From positions 1-48,261 of the IMG/VR virus record IMGVR_UViG_3300045988_064045: DNA of 48,261 bases; one strand, given 5' to 3'. Shown here piece after piece: positions 26,557 through 36,998 of this stretch. The position numbers and the translations under genes were made by a program. The DNA is from a virus. The notes below the pieces were generated by a model. It was not told where the DNA came from. It was given only the letters and a program-made list of their open reading frames with translations, and did no database searches. Position 1 is the first letter of the stretch. Every line of letters begins with the position of its first letter.

Positions 26557-26570
26557 CATTGTATCACAAG
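26557..26570 (-). promoter_or_regulatory. extended -10 promoter (TGA TACAAT), family member g, at the boundary between the structural and replication modules
   Basis: Plus strand cattgtatcacaag. Confidence 0.5.
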
Positions 26571-27515
26571 TCACTGGACTTGTATAGGCTTTCCTGAAGA
26601 GTTATAGAAGTAAACTTCTACTTCCTCATTGACATTGCCAGACTCATCATAGATACTAAGCTTTGCTTGCCTTGGATTGCCCTGCTGATCATACACATAC
26701 AATGTGCCTGGTAACTCCACTGAATCTACTAGTTCTAGAAGAATGAACGGAGCATCTACTGTTACCTTCTTACCGTACCATTCATACATCGCACTTGCTG
26801 TAAAACCAAGGTAGTGCACGTCAGTCATTCCAGCCAGAGCACCTGATATCCACTGCTCAGTCAAGTCTAATGTCTCTGTCTTTGGGTTCGTCGCATCAGG
26901 CATTGTCGGGTATGTAGCATCAAAGCCGATGCTATCAGACATTGGCTGGCTTGTATCTGCAGAAGCAAACATGCACACGAGAGAAGTCAACCTTACAAAT
27001 GTACCTACGGCATCTAAGTTGCCAAGAGTGACAGAAGAAGTCACTGTGACTTTGCCCTTAGTCCTGTTTACTTTACCACTTGGGGAGATGCTCGTGATTA
27101 CCGGCTTCGGAAACTCAGGTATCGTGAAAGACAACTCAGCAAAAGACTCATGGTACGCTCCTGAGCTTGCAGTATACCAGCACTTAGACGAGATGGAGAC
27201 TGTGTCTCCTCTGTTGTAAGTGCCTATCAAAGTCCAGTCTCTGTTTGCTCCATATGAACCTTGATCTCCGAGAAATACTCGTTCTGTGCCATTGACAATC
27301 TTTGGCTGAGAACAAGTATAGTTTGCAATTGCCCAGCTTGGGCCATATCCCTTTTCTACATACACCTGAGAAGCCATGTAGACTTCTACCGATCCAGTCT
27401 TCAAGTCAACTATGTCACCGAGTCCAATCTGGACAATGACATGGTACTTAAGGCTGTCTGTATTTGTAATTCCTTCATTACCGTTTTTAATAGCGACTTG
27501 TTTCCTGAAAGCCAT
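26571..27515 (-). CDS. hypothetical tail or receptor-binding accessory protein (314 aa)
   Basis: Last gene of the tail module, directly after the fibre gene. Confidence 0.35.
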   Translation of the reverse strand: MAFRKQVAIKNGNEGITNTDSLKYHVIVQIGLGDIVDLKTGSVEVYMASQVYVEKGYGPSWAIANYTCSQPKIVNGTERVFLGDQGSYGANRDWTLIGTYNRGDTVSISSKCWYTASSGAYHESFAELSFTIPEFPKPVITSISPSGKVNRTKGKVTVTSSVTLGNLDAVGTFVRLTSLVCMFASADTSQPMSDSIGFDATYPTMPDATNPKTETLDLTEQWISGALAGMTDVHYLGFTASAMYEWYGKKVTVDAPFILLELVDSVELPGTLYVYDQQGNPRQAKLSIYDESGNVNEEVEVYFYNSSGKPIQVQ

Positions 27516-27517
27516 GG

Positions 27518-29233
27518 CTACATCACCTTAATGTAGATGTGACCAGGAGTTCCAGTAGCCGGCGGATCTGCTGTGCCTGAGGTGATGCCAAGATTTGCAA
27601 GCGTGATTCCAAGATTGTCTCTCGCCTGAGATGCGCTAGTAGCACCAGTTCCACCCTTGGATACATCCCACGCATAACTTGCACTTGATCCTCCGTAAGT
27701 GTAAGCTGAATAGCCACCTGGTATGATAGCTATGTCCCTCCACTGAGAACTGATGTAGTAGTTAGAAAACACAGAAAATGACATCGGTACTGGAGAATTA
27801 CCATACACATACGAGTTCCACTTGAACATTGTCAAGTTGTTAGAAGTAGGAGAAACTCCACCGACGAAGTAACGCTCAGTAGAATTGTTCACCTTGATGG
27901 CAATGTAGTCATTCACACTCATTTCTGGCTTGTCAAACTTGACAAACAAGCATTTGCCATTGATGTCTTCTTCAGATGGGACAGACGGAAGATCAGGAAC
28001 TGTCAACTTGAAGAAAGACACATTAGTCAAGCCTTTGTATGTGTTGCCTGAGCTCTCAAAGTCTGCATGGACTACATTCCCGTTCTCGACTGAGAAGACT
28101 TTTGAGTTACTTCCAACTCCAAGAATTGTCTTGACTTCTTCTAACGTCGAGCAACCTGTGCCACCTCGTTCAATTGGAAACACGCCTGACGTGATGTCAT
28201 TAGCTGAATGTTCATGAACTGAACTTGCTGCGCCTAGATTGTCCCTTGCAATAGCCGCCGTCGGAGCTCCTGTGCCGCCTCGAGAAACCGGCAAAAGCCC
28301 ATCTGTTATGTCATGAGTAGAATGTGTATGAGAAGAAGCCGCGGCGCCAAGATTCTCCCTAGCAGTCGAAGCATCTGTTGCACCAGTGCCACCCTTTGCT
28401 ACCGTGATTGGGTACTCGATCCTACTCTGGTCCAAGTCCCTGATAGACTGCTCGAGAGTGTCCATCCTCTTGTTGATGTTAGAAGCTGTGGTGCCATCTA
28501 GTGCATTGTTAGAATCATGCACCGCTTTGTCAGTCTGTGTCTTCAAAGTCTCTGTCTGAGAATTGACACTCGCGATCGCGGAATCTGCTCTCGAGTTGAA
28601 AGACGAGATCGCCTGGCTACCGTTGTTATTAAAAACCTCAATCTGCTGGTTAGCATTCGTGTCAAAAGACTCGACCTTGGCATTCAGCTGTTGTTGCTTT
28701 GTTGTCAAGTCTTCAATGAACTCACTCTCACTTGTGGAGACATTAGAAGATGCCGATGAGATTGAAGCATTTGCTTTTGTAGCTGCATTCTTTACTGCAT
28801 CTACCTGTTCCTCAATCTCTGTGATAGCTCGCCAGTCGGCGATGTAGTCTTTCGGATCAACATTGTCATCAATCGAGTCAGGGACGACAATCGAGAAGTT
28901 CTGTGTTGACTCGACGTAAGACGGGTTGTTGTAAGTCCCATTCTCGAACCTGAAGTATGCTACCGAGATCACACCCGGCTTCTTGAAAGCCTGAGACGGA
29001 AGTGTAGCTGTCACAATAGATCCAGAAAGAGAAGCTTCAGTCCTCACTGAAGTACCTGCATTAGTCAGGCATTCAAAGTAGCACTTTGAACCTGCAGGAA
29101 CATAATCTTCTCCATCGGCTTTGATGTTCGCCTTCACTACAGAAGACCCGATGTCTCCTACACGGACTGCTAAAATAGTCTTGCTCCTACGAGTCTTGTC
29201 CATGTCTAGATCAAATTCGAAAGTCCTTGCCAT
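27518..29233 (-). CDS. tail fibre protein with three GGTGAxxAxxAR(E/D)NLG repeats and N-terminal coiled coil
   Basis: KGGTGATDASTARENLG, RGGTGAPTAAIARDNLG and KGGTGATSASQARDNLG repeats. Ser/Asn/Ala-rich coiled coil at aa 130-280. Confidence 0.7.
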   Translation of the reverse strand: MARTFEFDLDMDKTRRSKTILAVRVGDIGSSVVKANIKADGEDYVPAGSKCYFECLTNAGTSVRTEASLSGSIVTATLPSQAFKKPGVISVAYFRFENGTYNNPSYVESTQNFSIVVPDSIDDNVDPKDYIADWRAITEIEEQVDAVKNAATKANASISSASSNVSTSESEFIEDLTTKQQQLNAKVESFDTNANQQIEVFNNNGSQAISSFNSRADSAIASVNSQTETLKTQTDKAVHDSNNALDGTTASNINKRMDTLEQSIRDLDQSRIEYPITVAKGGTGATDASTARENLGAAASSHTHSTHDITDGLLPVSRGGTGAPTAAIARDNLGAASSVHEHSANDITSGVFPIERGGTGCSTLEEVKTILGVGSNSKVFSVENGNVVHADFESSGNTYKGLTNVSFFKLTVPDLPSVPSEEDINGKCLFVKFDKPEMSVNDYIAIKVNNSTERYFVGGVSPTSNNLTMFKWNSYVYGNSPVPMSFSVFSNYYISSQWRDIAIIPGGYSAYTYGGSSASYAWDVSKGGTGATSASQARDNLGITLANLGITSGTADPPATGTPGHIYIKVM

Positions 29234-29872
29234 CTATTGCTCATCTCCTTCCCGTAAGTCTGCATTTGCAGTCAAAGACATAATGAAACTGTCACGCGCT
29301 CTATCGACTGCGTCTTCATCTATCATGTCATAGATAGAAGACGGGATCTTATAGAATCCGTCATCAACTTCTGGCGTCTCAGCATATGCACTGAAAGTCG
29401 TCAACTCATTGCCTAAAGATGGAAGACCTAGCATAGACCTAGTCTTAGATATACCTGAGAGGCTACGAGATGCCTTCTGAGGCCCATCATCAATCCTGGT
29501 AGTGTATATACCCACTTCACTTTGGTTGCCATTGATCTGAGCTTCTAGTTCATTGTAGGCGCTCGTCCATGCGTTCTCACCAGTCTCTGGATCAGGAGAA
29601 GGTTCTCCATTGTCCCTGATATACATCAAGAACTTCGCAGTCTCCTCATGTGATGTCGTCCCGAGAAGCAGGCCGTATGTCGCGAAAGCCGCTTCAGGAA
29701 TCATGTAATGGACACCACCACATCCTGGATTACCTTCAGACATAGATGAAGTCTCACTTGACTGGCTTATGAAAGCCTCCTTTGCTTTGTCAGACATCTC
29801 GTCTTCCGGTACAAAGAAGTCTAAGCCGTAATTGACTCCGTCATACTTCTCTCTGCTTACTTCCATCATCAC
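29234..29872 (-). CDS. hypothetical baseplate or tail protein (212 aa)
   Basis: Lies between the Tal-like gene and the fibre gene. Confidence 0.35.
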   Translation of the reverse strand: MMMEVSREKYDGVNYGLDFFVPEDEMSDKAKEAFISQSSETSSMSEGNPGCGGVHYMIPEAAFATYGLLLGTTSHEETAKFLMYIRDNGEPSPDPETGENAWTSAYNELEAQINGNQSEVGIYTTRIDDGPQKASRSLSGISKTRSMLGLPSLGNELTTFSAYAETPEVDDGFYKIPSSIYDMIDEDAVDRARDSFIMSLTANADLREGDEQ

Positions 29873-29874
29873 TC

Positions 29875-32124
29875 CTAACTTGGAAGAAGGACACCGAATG
29901 TGAACAACAAGAAAGTCGTAGAGTTAGACGGGAACAGAGTCGCGGTGTTCACGTTTATACTCAAGTTCTTGACTGTGCCATCACCTGTGTGGCTCCAATT
30001 CGCGTCGACTGAAGTCACCACCTTCTTCGGGAAAGAACATACATACGCGTTCCATCCACTCGGACCGCAGTTGGCAACAGAACAAATAAGCTTGTTGCCA
30101 TCAGACATCACATGGTCAACTGTCGCTTGCGGACGGTATGTACCATACTTAGGCGGGCTTGGCAATGTCGCCGAGAACGTGTTCGTGTAGAATGGAGTTA
30201 TCGTCTGAGCTGAAGTCCAGTTGACTGCTGGGAATGTACCAAGCTTATTAAAAGTGCCAACAAAACCACTAAAACTCAAGAACTTGTTGTCTGCATTAGC
30301 ATCAATACCGACAACGTAGCTGTCATTTTCTACATTCTTAATTACTTCAATGCCTGCATTTGTCGCGTCATTCGCTGAGACTTCCGGAGCATTTGCATAG
30401 AAGCCAGCATATGATTCTGACTTAGAACTCTTCTCATACTCTGAATAGCAAAATAACCTTAGAAGTCCTCCGAGTTTCGTGTCGTTGTCATATTGCTTCC
30501 TCTCACCGATTCTCATCCACGCACCTGGATCTCCTTTTTTGACATATCCGCCATGTAATGTCAATGCTGATACTTTTCCCTCTTCTTTAGTGAAAGTCTC
30601 AGAAGCAATGTAACTTTTCATGTAGTTCTCAGAACACACGAACTCGATTCCGGCACCTTTCATCTTGTCTGTGCCTTCATTCTCATACTGAGAAAACTCA
30701 GGATCTATCTGGACGTAGTCTCTTGTAGAAGAAGTCCTGAAGTAACCGTTAGCGTGAAGCTCGCCAGTGTTCAAATTCCAATAGGAGTTGCCTCCCTGGA
30801 TAATTCCAACCGTCATCATAGACGCGTTTATCGAACCGTCAGCCATCAATGCCAGATCATAAGTTCCATTGTAACCAGTGTTCGAATGAGCTAGTCCCTC
30901 TTTGTTCCAACGCCAGACATGTTGTGCTTCGTCAATGTCTGTAGAATCTCCAAGGTTGACAAGTTCCATCGGGTTGCCATTGACGTCATATACCCATTTA
31001 AAATAACCACCGTAGGAGCCCTTGATCTTCTCTGTAGCTTCTTCAATTGCCTTGTTGTAAGCAGAAGTCAAGTCTTTAGTTGCTTGGTCTATCTTCGAAT
31101 CAACATCTATCTTCTCTTTGACTAGCGACGCGATCGACGGTACGACTGCCGACAAAGTCACAGAGTCATTGTTCCTGTTCCCGCCTTCAATCCACTCGAT
31201 CACCTGATGGTCTACTCTGATCTTCCTGTCAGAGTCTATCAATGTGACTATCTGGTAGAGGTAGGTGTTAGAAGTAAGTCTTACGTCTGAACACTCATAT
31301 GAACGAGTAGGCTTACTGAGCTCTGCAAGTTTAGCTTTTGAAGCAGCGAGAAGATCTTCTTTTACAGTGTACCTCTCGTCATTCCATCCTACACATACTA
31401 TCTTGTCACAGTAGGAGATGTCTTCAACATACGGCTTTCCATTGTTGATACTTGCAAAAGTCAGATACTCGCCGGTATCTTCGTCTTGTTTACCGTATGC
31501 GTAAAGCCGTGTCGCGAACCCAGAAGACGAGCCCGTGAACCCGAGATCTGACATATTCAGATCCTTCATCACGAACTCGCCTGAAGCTTTGTATTCACTT
31601 GGATCAATGCATTTCACTACTTTAGCCAGCGTGTCAAAGTTGAACACGCAACCATAAGCTTCTGGACACTTGTCAAGGATCTCAAGTGGTGTGACTGCTT
31701 CAAGAGGCTTTCCCTCATTTGCTTCAATCGTAGTCCTCTTGGTGAACTTCTCTTGTCCAGACTTAGACCAACCATTCGGAAGGATTGAAGTGAGAATGTC
31801 ATCAAGTGAGCTATTGACTTTCCTGTATGATGTAATGATAGTAGCTTTCCACTCATCAAGATTGATGTCAGCATCAATGTACAGGATACCATTTCGGTCA
31901 TCTACATTCTTTATCAAGAACTCATTGTCTTGACCTCGAAGACCGATCACAGTCAATTTGACTTCTTCTTTCAAGTACTTCACGTACTCTGACTTTGAGT
32001 CAACCTGTAAAGACATAGTATCGAAGCCGTTGTAAGAATGCTTCACTGACCATGCATCATCTTCAATGAACAACGTTATCAAATTAGAAGCATTTGCTGG
32101 ATCATGTACTACTATCATTGCCAT
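29875..32124 (-). CDS. tail-associated lysin (Tal) / phage minor structural protein (prophage-tail endopeptidase-like N-terminus)
   Basis: 749 aa, directly after the Dit-like gene. Size and position are conserved in siphoviruses. Confidence 0.6.
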   Translation of the reverse strand: MAMIVVHDPANASNLITLFIEDDAWSVKHSYNGFDTMSLQVDSKSEYVKYLKEEVKLTVIGLRGQDNEFLIKNVDDRNGILYIDADINLDEWKATIITSYRKVNSSLDDILTSILPNGWSKSGQEKFTKRTTIEANEGKPLEAVTPLEILDKCPEAYGCVFNFDTLAKVVKCIDPSEYKASGEFVMKDLNMSDLGFTGSSSGFATRLYAYGKQDEDTGEYLTFASINNGKPYVEDISYCDKIVCVGWNDERYTVKEDLLAASKAKLAELSKPTRSYECSDVRLTSNTYLYQIVTLIDSDRKIRVDHQVIEWIEGGNRNNDSVTLSAVVPSIASLVKEKIDVDSKIDQATKDLTSAYNKAIEEATEKIKGSYGGYFKWVYDVNGNPMELVNLGDSTDIDEAQHVWRWNKEGLAHSNTGYNGTYDLALMADGSINASMMTVGIIQGGNSYWNLNTGELHANGYFRTSSTRDYVQIDPEFSQYENEGTDKMKGAGIEFVCSENYMKSYIASETFTKEEGKVSALTLHGGYVKKGDPGAWMRIGERKQYDNDTKLGGLLRLFCYSEYEKSSKSESYAGFYANAPEVSANDATNAGIEVIKNVENDSYVVGIDANADNKFLSFSGFVGTFNKLGTFPAVNWTSAQTITPFYTNTFSATLPSPPKYGTYRPQATVDHVMSDGNKLICSVANCGPSGWNAYVCSFPKKVVTSVDANWSHTGDGTVKNLSINVNTATLFPSNSTTFLLFTFGVLLPS

Positions 32125-32133
32125 ACCTCCCTA

Positions 32134-32877
32134 CTAAGAGACGAAAGTCGGATAGAAACTTACTTCGAAGTCTACCGAGGTGTTGCATTCGACTGTCATC
32201 TCTCCAATCCCTGCAATAGGGAAAGAAGTCAACGTCGAATCAAGAATCTTGTTAGCTCCAAGATGTGTGACTTTTCCGTTTATTCCGTCAATAACTACTG
32301 GCTCGTTCTGTGTCACATTTTTAATAACAAACTGTTCATTGTTGACAGAGAATGCAAGATCAGTCTTGTTTGAAAGATGGTGCGTAGCTTTGATGCATAT
32401 ACCAGATCTAACTGAACCTGGATTGTAGATGTGAATGCTTCTTTTTGAAGTCGCCTTCTTCACTACAAGTGGTAGATGACGGATCGCGTCAAGTACGATA
32501 TTCAACTGCGCTACCCATTCTATACCAGTCAAGCTGACTGAGTAAGAACTCATCACACAGTCATACTGTGAAGTCAAATCAACATCTGTCTCTATCATGC
32601 ATTTGCCACAAGCAACAATCAAGTCAGAAGCTTTCTTCAGGAGGTCCGACTTTGAATCACCGACAATGTAGAACACAAGACCAATTGACCCAGGTCTAAA
32701 GTCTATGCCGTACTGACTAAAGCCGGACTTTCCAATCTTCCTTGAAGAATCTGACTTGACTGAACCAGGTGAGTAATTGAAGGAGACAAGATCGGCATTG
32801 AAGACTGCGTATACATCACTACCATCAATTGAGATGGCGTCTCCAAGTCGCCGATTGATTACAATGTCACTTGTCAT
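32134..32877 (-). CDS. distal tail protein (Dit)
   Basis: 247 aa, directly after the tape measure. Confidence 0.55.
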   Translation of the reverse strand: MTSDIVINRRLGDAISIDGSDVYAVFNADLVSFNYSPGSVKSDSSRKIGKSGFSQYGIDFRPGSIGLVFYIVGDSKSDLLKKASDLIVACGKCMIETDVDLTSQYDCVMSSYSVSLTGIEWVAQLNIVLDAIRHLPLVVKKATSKRSIHIYNPGSVRSGICIKATHHLSNKTDLAFSVNNEQFVIKNVTQNEPVVIDGINGKVTHLGANKILDSTLTSFPIAGIGEMTVECNTSVDFEVSFYPTFVS

Positions 32878-35347
32878 CTTTGCTTGCCTCCTTCGCCTGA
32901 ACTCTCGAGACAGTCGGAGCTACTTTTCGTCCGACCTTCTCACCATCCATGTACACGTCTCCATCTTCCATGTGAATGTCAGTCTTGCACACTATCGGAG
33001 AGTCCTTCATCGCGTTCACTACTTCTTGACCGAAGCGAGTATAGTCGAACGTACTCGTGTTCGAGTAGTTAGACGAGAACTCGTTTCCAATGCCAAGTGA
33101 CTTCTGCATATCAGAGACTTTACTCATCAACTTTGCCGTCGAAGAAAGTTTGTCAATAGACTCAGTAGACGGCATTGAGGCTGCCAAGTCAATTGGCTCC
33201 ATCGAGATCTTAGACCCGACTTCATCACTGATTCGCTGACCATAGTCATCAACCTGGTCAAGCACAGACTTGAACTCATTCTCAAGCCCCTCACCGAGGC
33301 CCTCAATGATCCATCCACCATTCGGAATAAGAAGTTTACGGTCGTATTCCTCTGGTCCCTTGTGAGCTTGAATCCAGGAGCCAATGCCACCGACAAACGA
33401 CTTCACATTATTGAATGCTGACTTAATGCCTCGAAGCAAGCCATTGATGATTGACTTACCTGCGCCAAGTAGCAGGTTTCCAAGGTTACCGAGTGCACTT
33501 TTGATCTGACCAGGCAAGTTCCTCACGAAGTTCAACACCGTCTGGATGCCGTTTGACACTCCATTTTTAATACCATTGAAAGCATTTGTCACTGTCGTCT
33601 TACAAGCATTCCAAGCTGAAGAGAAGATGCTCTTGATGGTGTTCAAGATAGAACTGATAATGTTCTGGACATTTGTGATCGAACCTGTCACCACAGAGAC
33701 AATGGTGTTCCACACTGTCGAGATGACGTCCTTGATACCATTCCAGATTGAAGACACCGTGTCTTGAATGCCCTGCCATATGCCAGACAAAGTCGAAGTA
33801 AGACCATTCCAAAGGCCGATAGCTGTATCACAGATCCCCTGCCACACACTAGACAAGAAGTCTGCAATCGCTTGGAATATCTGTTGTGCACCTTCGCATA
33901 TCGCGTTCCAGATGCCAATGACTGCGTTTCTGAAGTCCTCATTTGTAGCAAGTAGTCCGACAATTGCTGCGACTACAACTGCTATCACTGCTGGAATTCC
34001 ACCGACAGCTGTGACAATAGTACCGATCACAGATACAATCGGTCCCAACACAGACATTAATGTACCGACAATAGATACCACAGGTCCTATCGCAGCAACA
34101 ACAAGTGCGATAGTCACGATCATCTGTTTGGTGCCGTCATCGAGAGACTTAAACCAATCAACACCTTGTTTGACAAGGTTCAAAATGTCAGTCAATGGAC
34201 CTGTACCTGTAGACCCGAGGTCAGCCAGACAGTCTTGCACTGATCTGATCGTCGAGGTGAACTGTGTTCCAAGTGACTGGCTGGCTTGATCTGCCATCTC
34301 TCCAGACTTGCCAGAGACGTCGTCGTAAGTATCTCCAACAGAGCTCATCGCGGTGATCATTGACATCGCGTTGTCTTCGCCAAGTGAAGACCAAATAGCA
34401 GAAGCTACTTGAGCTTGCTGGTACTTGTCAGACATTCCCCCGAGATCAGAGATGACTGACTCGTAGACTTCTTTGCCAGTAGCAGATCCGTCTTTCCATT
34501 TCTGGAAAAGGTCTTGCGTTGACTGGCTAAAGCTGCCAATGTTCTCATCCATTCGACCATCGGAGAGAGCAGTCTGGAACTCGTTCAGAAAGTCATTGCA
34601 CTTGTCGAGACTGTAAGCACCGTTGTTGACACCGTTCTGAAGGATCTGGAAGTATTCCTCAGCGCTGAAACCCATCTGACTGAACCTTGGTCCATACTCA
34701 GACAAGTTGTCACCGAGCTCGTCAGATACGTTAAGACCGTTCTGGCAACCAGAAGCAAACAAGTCCATGGCTTCTTGAGCAGACAACCCGAAGTTGTCCA
34801 TCAAGACTTTCACGCCACGGACTGATTCTTTGACATCTGCATCAAACAAGTCTGAAAGGTTCTGGACACCTGTCGTCACATAGTTCAGATCAGTGTTGTT
34901 CAAGTCTCCAAGTTGCTGACGAACCATGATGATGTCATTTGCTACTTGGTCAAGTGACTCACCAAAACCGTTCGTGTAGACTTGGCGTGCTACATCAGTA
35001 AGACGTTCTGTCTCATCGGAAGCAAGACCAAGAGAAGCTTGAATAGTAGAACTAGCTTTATTGACTTGATCTGCTTGTGTAACAGAAGCTGCGCCAACTG
35101 ACAAGATACCAGCCGACAGAGACAAAGACATCTTTGCTCCAACGCCTTGGATTACGTTTCCTCCGGCTGATATCTTAGAAGTTGCTTGGTCCCACTTGCT
35201 TTCAATTCCGCTTGTGCCTTTTCCGACGGACTCTTCCATCTTAGACGACGCGGAATCTAGTTTATCACTGGCTTCACTGAGTGCGTTCTTGAACTTCTCA
35301 ATGTCAAGGTCAAGGTAGCCCTCGATAGCTCCAGCAACAATCGCCAT
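32867..35347 (-). CDS. tail tape measure protein
   Basis: 826 aa. Central hydrophobic repeats (IVTIALVVAAIGPVVSIVGTLMSVLGPIVSVIGTIV...) and degenerate IWNxI / WxGI repeats. Follows the chaperone pair. Confidence 0.85.
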   Translation of the reverse strand: MAIVAGAIEGYLDLDIEKFKNALSEASDKLDSASSKMEESVGKGTSGIESKWDQATSKISAGGNVIQGVGAKMSLSLSAGILSVGAASVTQADQVNKASSTIQASLGLASDETERLTDVARQVYTNGFGESLDQVANDIIMVRQQLGDLNNTDLNYVTTGVQNLSDLFDADVKESVRGVKVLMDNFGLSAQEAMDLFASGCQNGLNVSDELGDNLSEYGPRFSQMGFSAEEYFQILQNGVNNGAYSLDKCNDFLNEFQTALSDGRMDENIGSFSQSTQDLFQKWKDGSATGKEVYESVISDLGGMSDKYQQAQVASAIWSSLGEDNAMSMITAMSSVGDTYDDVSGKSGEMADQASQSLGTQFTSTIRSVQDCLADLGSTGTGPLTDILNLVKQGVDWFKSLDDGTKQMIVTIALVVAAIGPVVSIVGTLMSVLGPIVSVIGTIVTAVGGIPAVIAVVVAAIVGLLATNEDFRNAVIGIWNAICEGAQQIFQAIADFLSSVWQGICDTAIGLWNGLTSTLSGIWQGIQDTVSSIWNGIKDVISTVWNTIVSVVTGSITNVQNIISSILNTIKSIFSSAWNACKTTVTNAFNGIKNGVSNGIQTVLNFVRNLPGQIKSALGNLGNLLLGAGKSIINGLLRGIKSAFNNVKSFVGGIGSWIQAHKGPEEYDRKLLIPNGGWIIEGLGEGLENEFKSVLDQVDDYGQRISDEVGSKISMEPIDLAASMPSTESIDKLSSTAKLMSKVSDMQKSLGIGNEFSSNYSNTSTFDYTRFGQEVVNAMKDSPIVCKTDIHMEDGDVYMDGEKVGRKVAPTVSRVQAKEASKDDK

Positions 35348-35366
35348 CCTAGGCTCCTTTCTCCTT

Positions 35367-35564
35367 CTATTGTAAGTCCAATGTCTTTATGTACTCACCG
35401 AAAGACTTATACTTCTTCGAGTAATGTGGCTCTTCTCCATCTCGCATCTTTGCTTCTATGAAAGTCATTGCCTCGTCGAAACAGTATGCTGTGAACTCGT
35501 CTTTGATGGAGAGGACTTCACTCGGAAGCTTGTTGAACGTCTTTGCTATGGCGAGAACGTTCAA
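35367..35564 (-). CDS. T-extension frame of the tail assembly chaperone (expressed only by frameshift, +1 relative to G)
   Basis: Open frame from about 35601 to 35367 with no credible independent start (the track's M is a TTG). Overlaps the end of the G-like ORF and ends 20 nt before the tape measure start. Confidence 0.5.
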   Translation of the reverse strand: MNVLAIAKTFNKLPSEVLSIKDEFTAYCFDEAMTFIEAKMRDGEEPHYSKKYKSFGEYIKTLDLQ

Positions 35565-35985
35565 GCACCTCTCGCTTGCGACGAAAGGATTCGAGAGCCA
35601 TCACACCATTCTGGGTGTAGTTGAACACTGCAAGTATCTGCTCGTCAGTAAGTTGGATACCGGCAGATACCATGTCATGGTAAGACGGCTCCACAAAAGC
35701 AGCATCGAGAATGATGTCAATCAACTCGTAAGTCTCGGAAGAGTCCTTAGAAGAAGGATCAATCGTGGCATTCGGTTTATTAAATAACTCGTTTGCTTTC
35801 GCAAGCAACGTGTTCGGTATCTTGCCAGTCTTGCAAAGCATGATCATAGACGGACGACGGAGGCGTGCAAAGAAACGTTGTCCCTCACCGAACTCCGGAA
35901 GCTCGACTACTTGACCTTTGCCATAGAGTGCAAGTTCTGCAATGCTGGTTACCTTCATGTTGTTGTTGCCTTCAATTGCTTCCAT
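35518..35985 (-). CDS. tail assembly chaperone (gpG-like)
   Basis: 155 aa, between the major tail protein and the tape measure. Confidence 0.6.
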   Translation of the reverse strand: MEAIEGNNNMKVTSIAELALYGKGQVVELPEFGEGQRFFARLRRPSMIMLCKTGKIPNTLLAKANELFNKPNATIDPSSKDSSETYELIDIILDAAFVEPSYHDMVSAGIQLTDEQILAVFNYTQNGVMALESFRRKREVLERSRHSKDVQQASE

Positions 35986-36010
35986 GATTGATCCTTTCTA
36001 GGAGTTACTG

Positions 36011-36604
36011 TTAAGCTGAGACGCTAGAAGAACTAGGAGAATCTGCGAGAACCGGAAGGGTCTTCACCATCTCGATCTTGTAAGGTGCCTGTCCATCTGC
36101 AGGAGCACTGTTGATGGTGTACTCAGGAGCACGGAACTCATCATCAGTGGAGTTGAACGAGACCGGCACTCCAGTGCAATTCGGGTAAGATGTCTTCTCA
36201 TAGCCGACGATCTGGCCAGCTGCATTGTACTGAGCACTGTAGGCGTTCAAAGTGAACTCCTTACCGGTGTCATCACTACCCTGGACGGGAGGAGTGTAGG
36301 TCTGGAAAGCACCATCAGACCCGTAAGTCACAGAGCCACCCTGGAGCATCTTGACGAGTTCAGGGTTGAACACGTTGTCGGTAAGCGTGATCTGAATGCC
36401 AGTAAGAGTGGACTTCTCCTTCTTCTGCGCCTTCAACTTACCCTTGATCATAAGCTTTACTGCGTCCTGAGTCTCAAGTTGCGGCTCTGTTGCAATCGAG
36501 TTAGAGGTGTCAAAACCAAACTCGTTGCCGCTGGAGTCCTCAATAGTCACGAGGGCAACATCAATAGTAGGGATCTCAGCCTTCGACTTCTTCGGATTAG
36601 CCAT
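36011..36604 (-). CDS. major tail protein
   Basis: 197 aa with strong RBS. Sits between the tail-terminator-like gene and the chaperone. Confidence 0.6.
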   Translation of the reverse strand: MANPKKSKAEIPTIDVALVTIEDSSGNEFGFDTSNSIATEPQLETQDAVKLMIKGKLKAQKKEKSTLTGIQITLTDNVFNPELVKMLQGGSVTYGSDGAFQTYTPPVQGSDDTGKEFTLNAYSAQYNAAGQIVGYEKTSYPNCTGVPVSFNSTDDEFRAPEYTINSAPADGQAPYKIEMVKTLPVLADSPSSSSVSA

Positions 36605-36614
36605 GTTTAACCTC

Positions 36615-36998
36615 CTAATAGTTCAGCTTGTAATTCTTGTATTCAATACCGACGTAATGTCCTTTCACTGCGTCGTCAAAATATGCTGGAGTCTGTTCGC
36701 CATCGTAAGGTAGGAACATCGGCTTCAACTCAGCCATTGCTTCCTTCACTGACTGGACCAATGACTCCAGTTCTGAATACTTGTTCCTCGGCACATAGCA
36801 CATGATGTTGTAGAGGTCTCTGACTGAGTCTGAGCTTGTAACAGCTGACGTCCCGTCATACTTTACAACTATGTACGGACTGAGGCAGTCTCCAGTCTTA
36901 GTAGAAGGGGGATAGACTTCGAACCCCTTCGACTTCAAGAAGAAGAACAGGTCTTGCCACCTGTTTTCTTTATATTTAAAACTAACCGGGTCTATCAT
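36615..36998 (-). CDS. tail terminator / tail completion protein (putative)
   Basis: Position only. Confidence 0.35.
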   Translation of the reverse strand: MIDPVSFKYKENRWQDLFFFLKSKGFEVYPPSTKTGDCLSPYIVVKYDGTSAVTSSDSVRDLYNIMCYVPRNKYSELESLVQSVKEAMAELKPMFLPYDGEQTPAYFDDAVKGHYVGIEYKNYKLNY

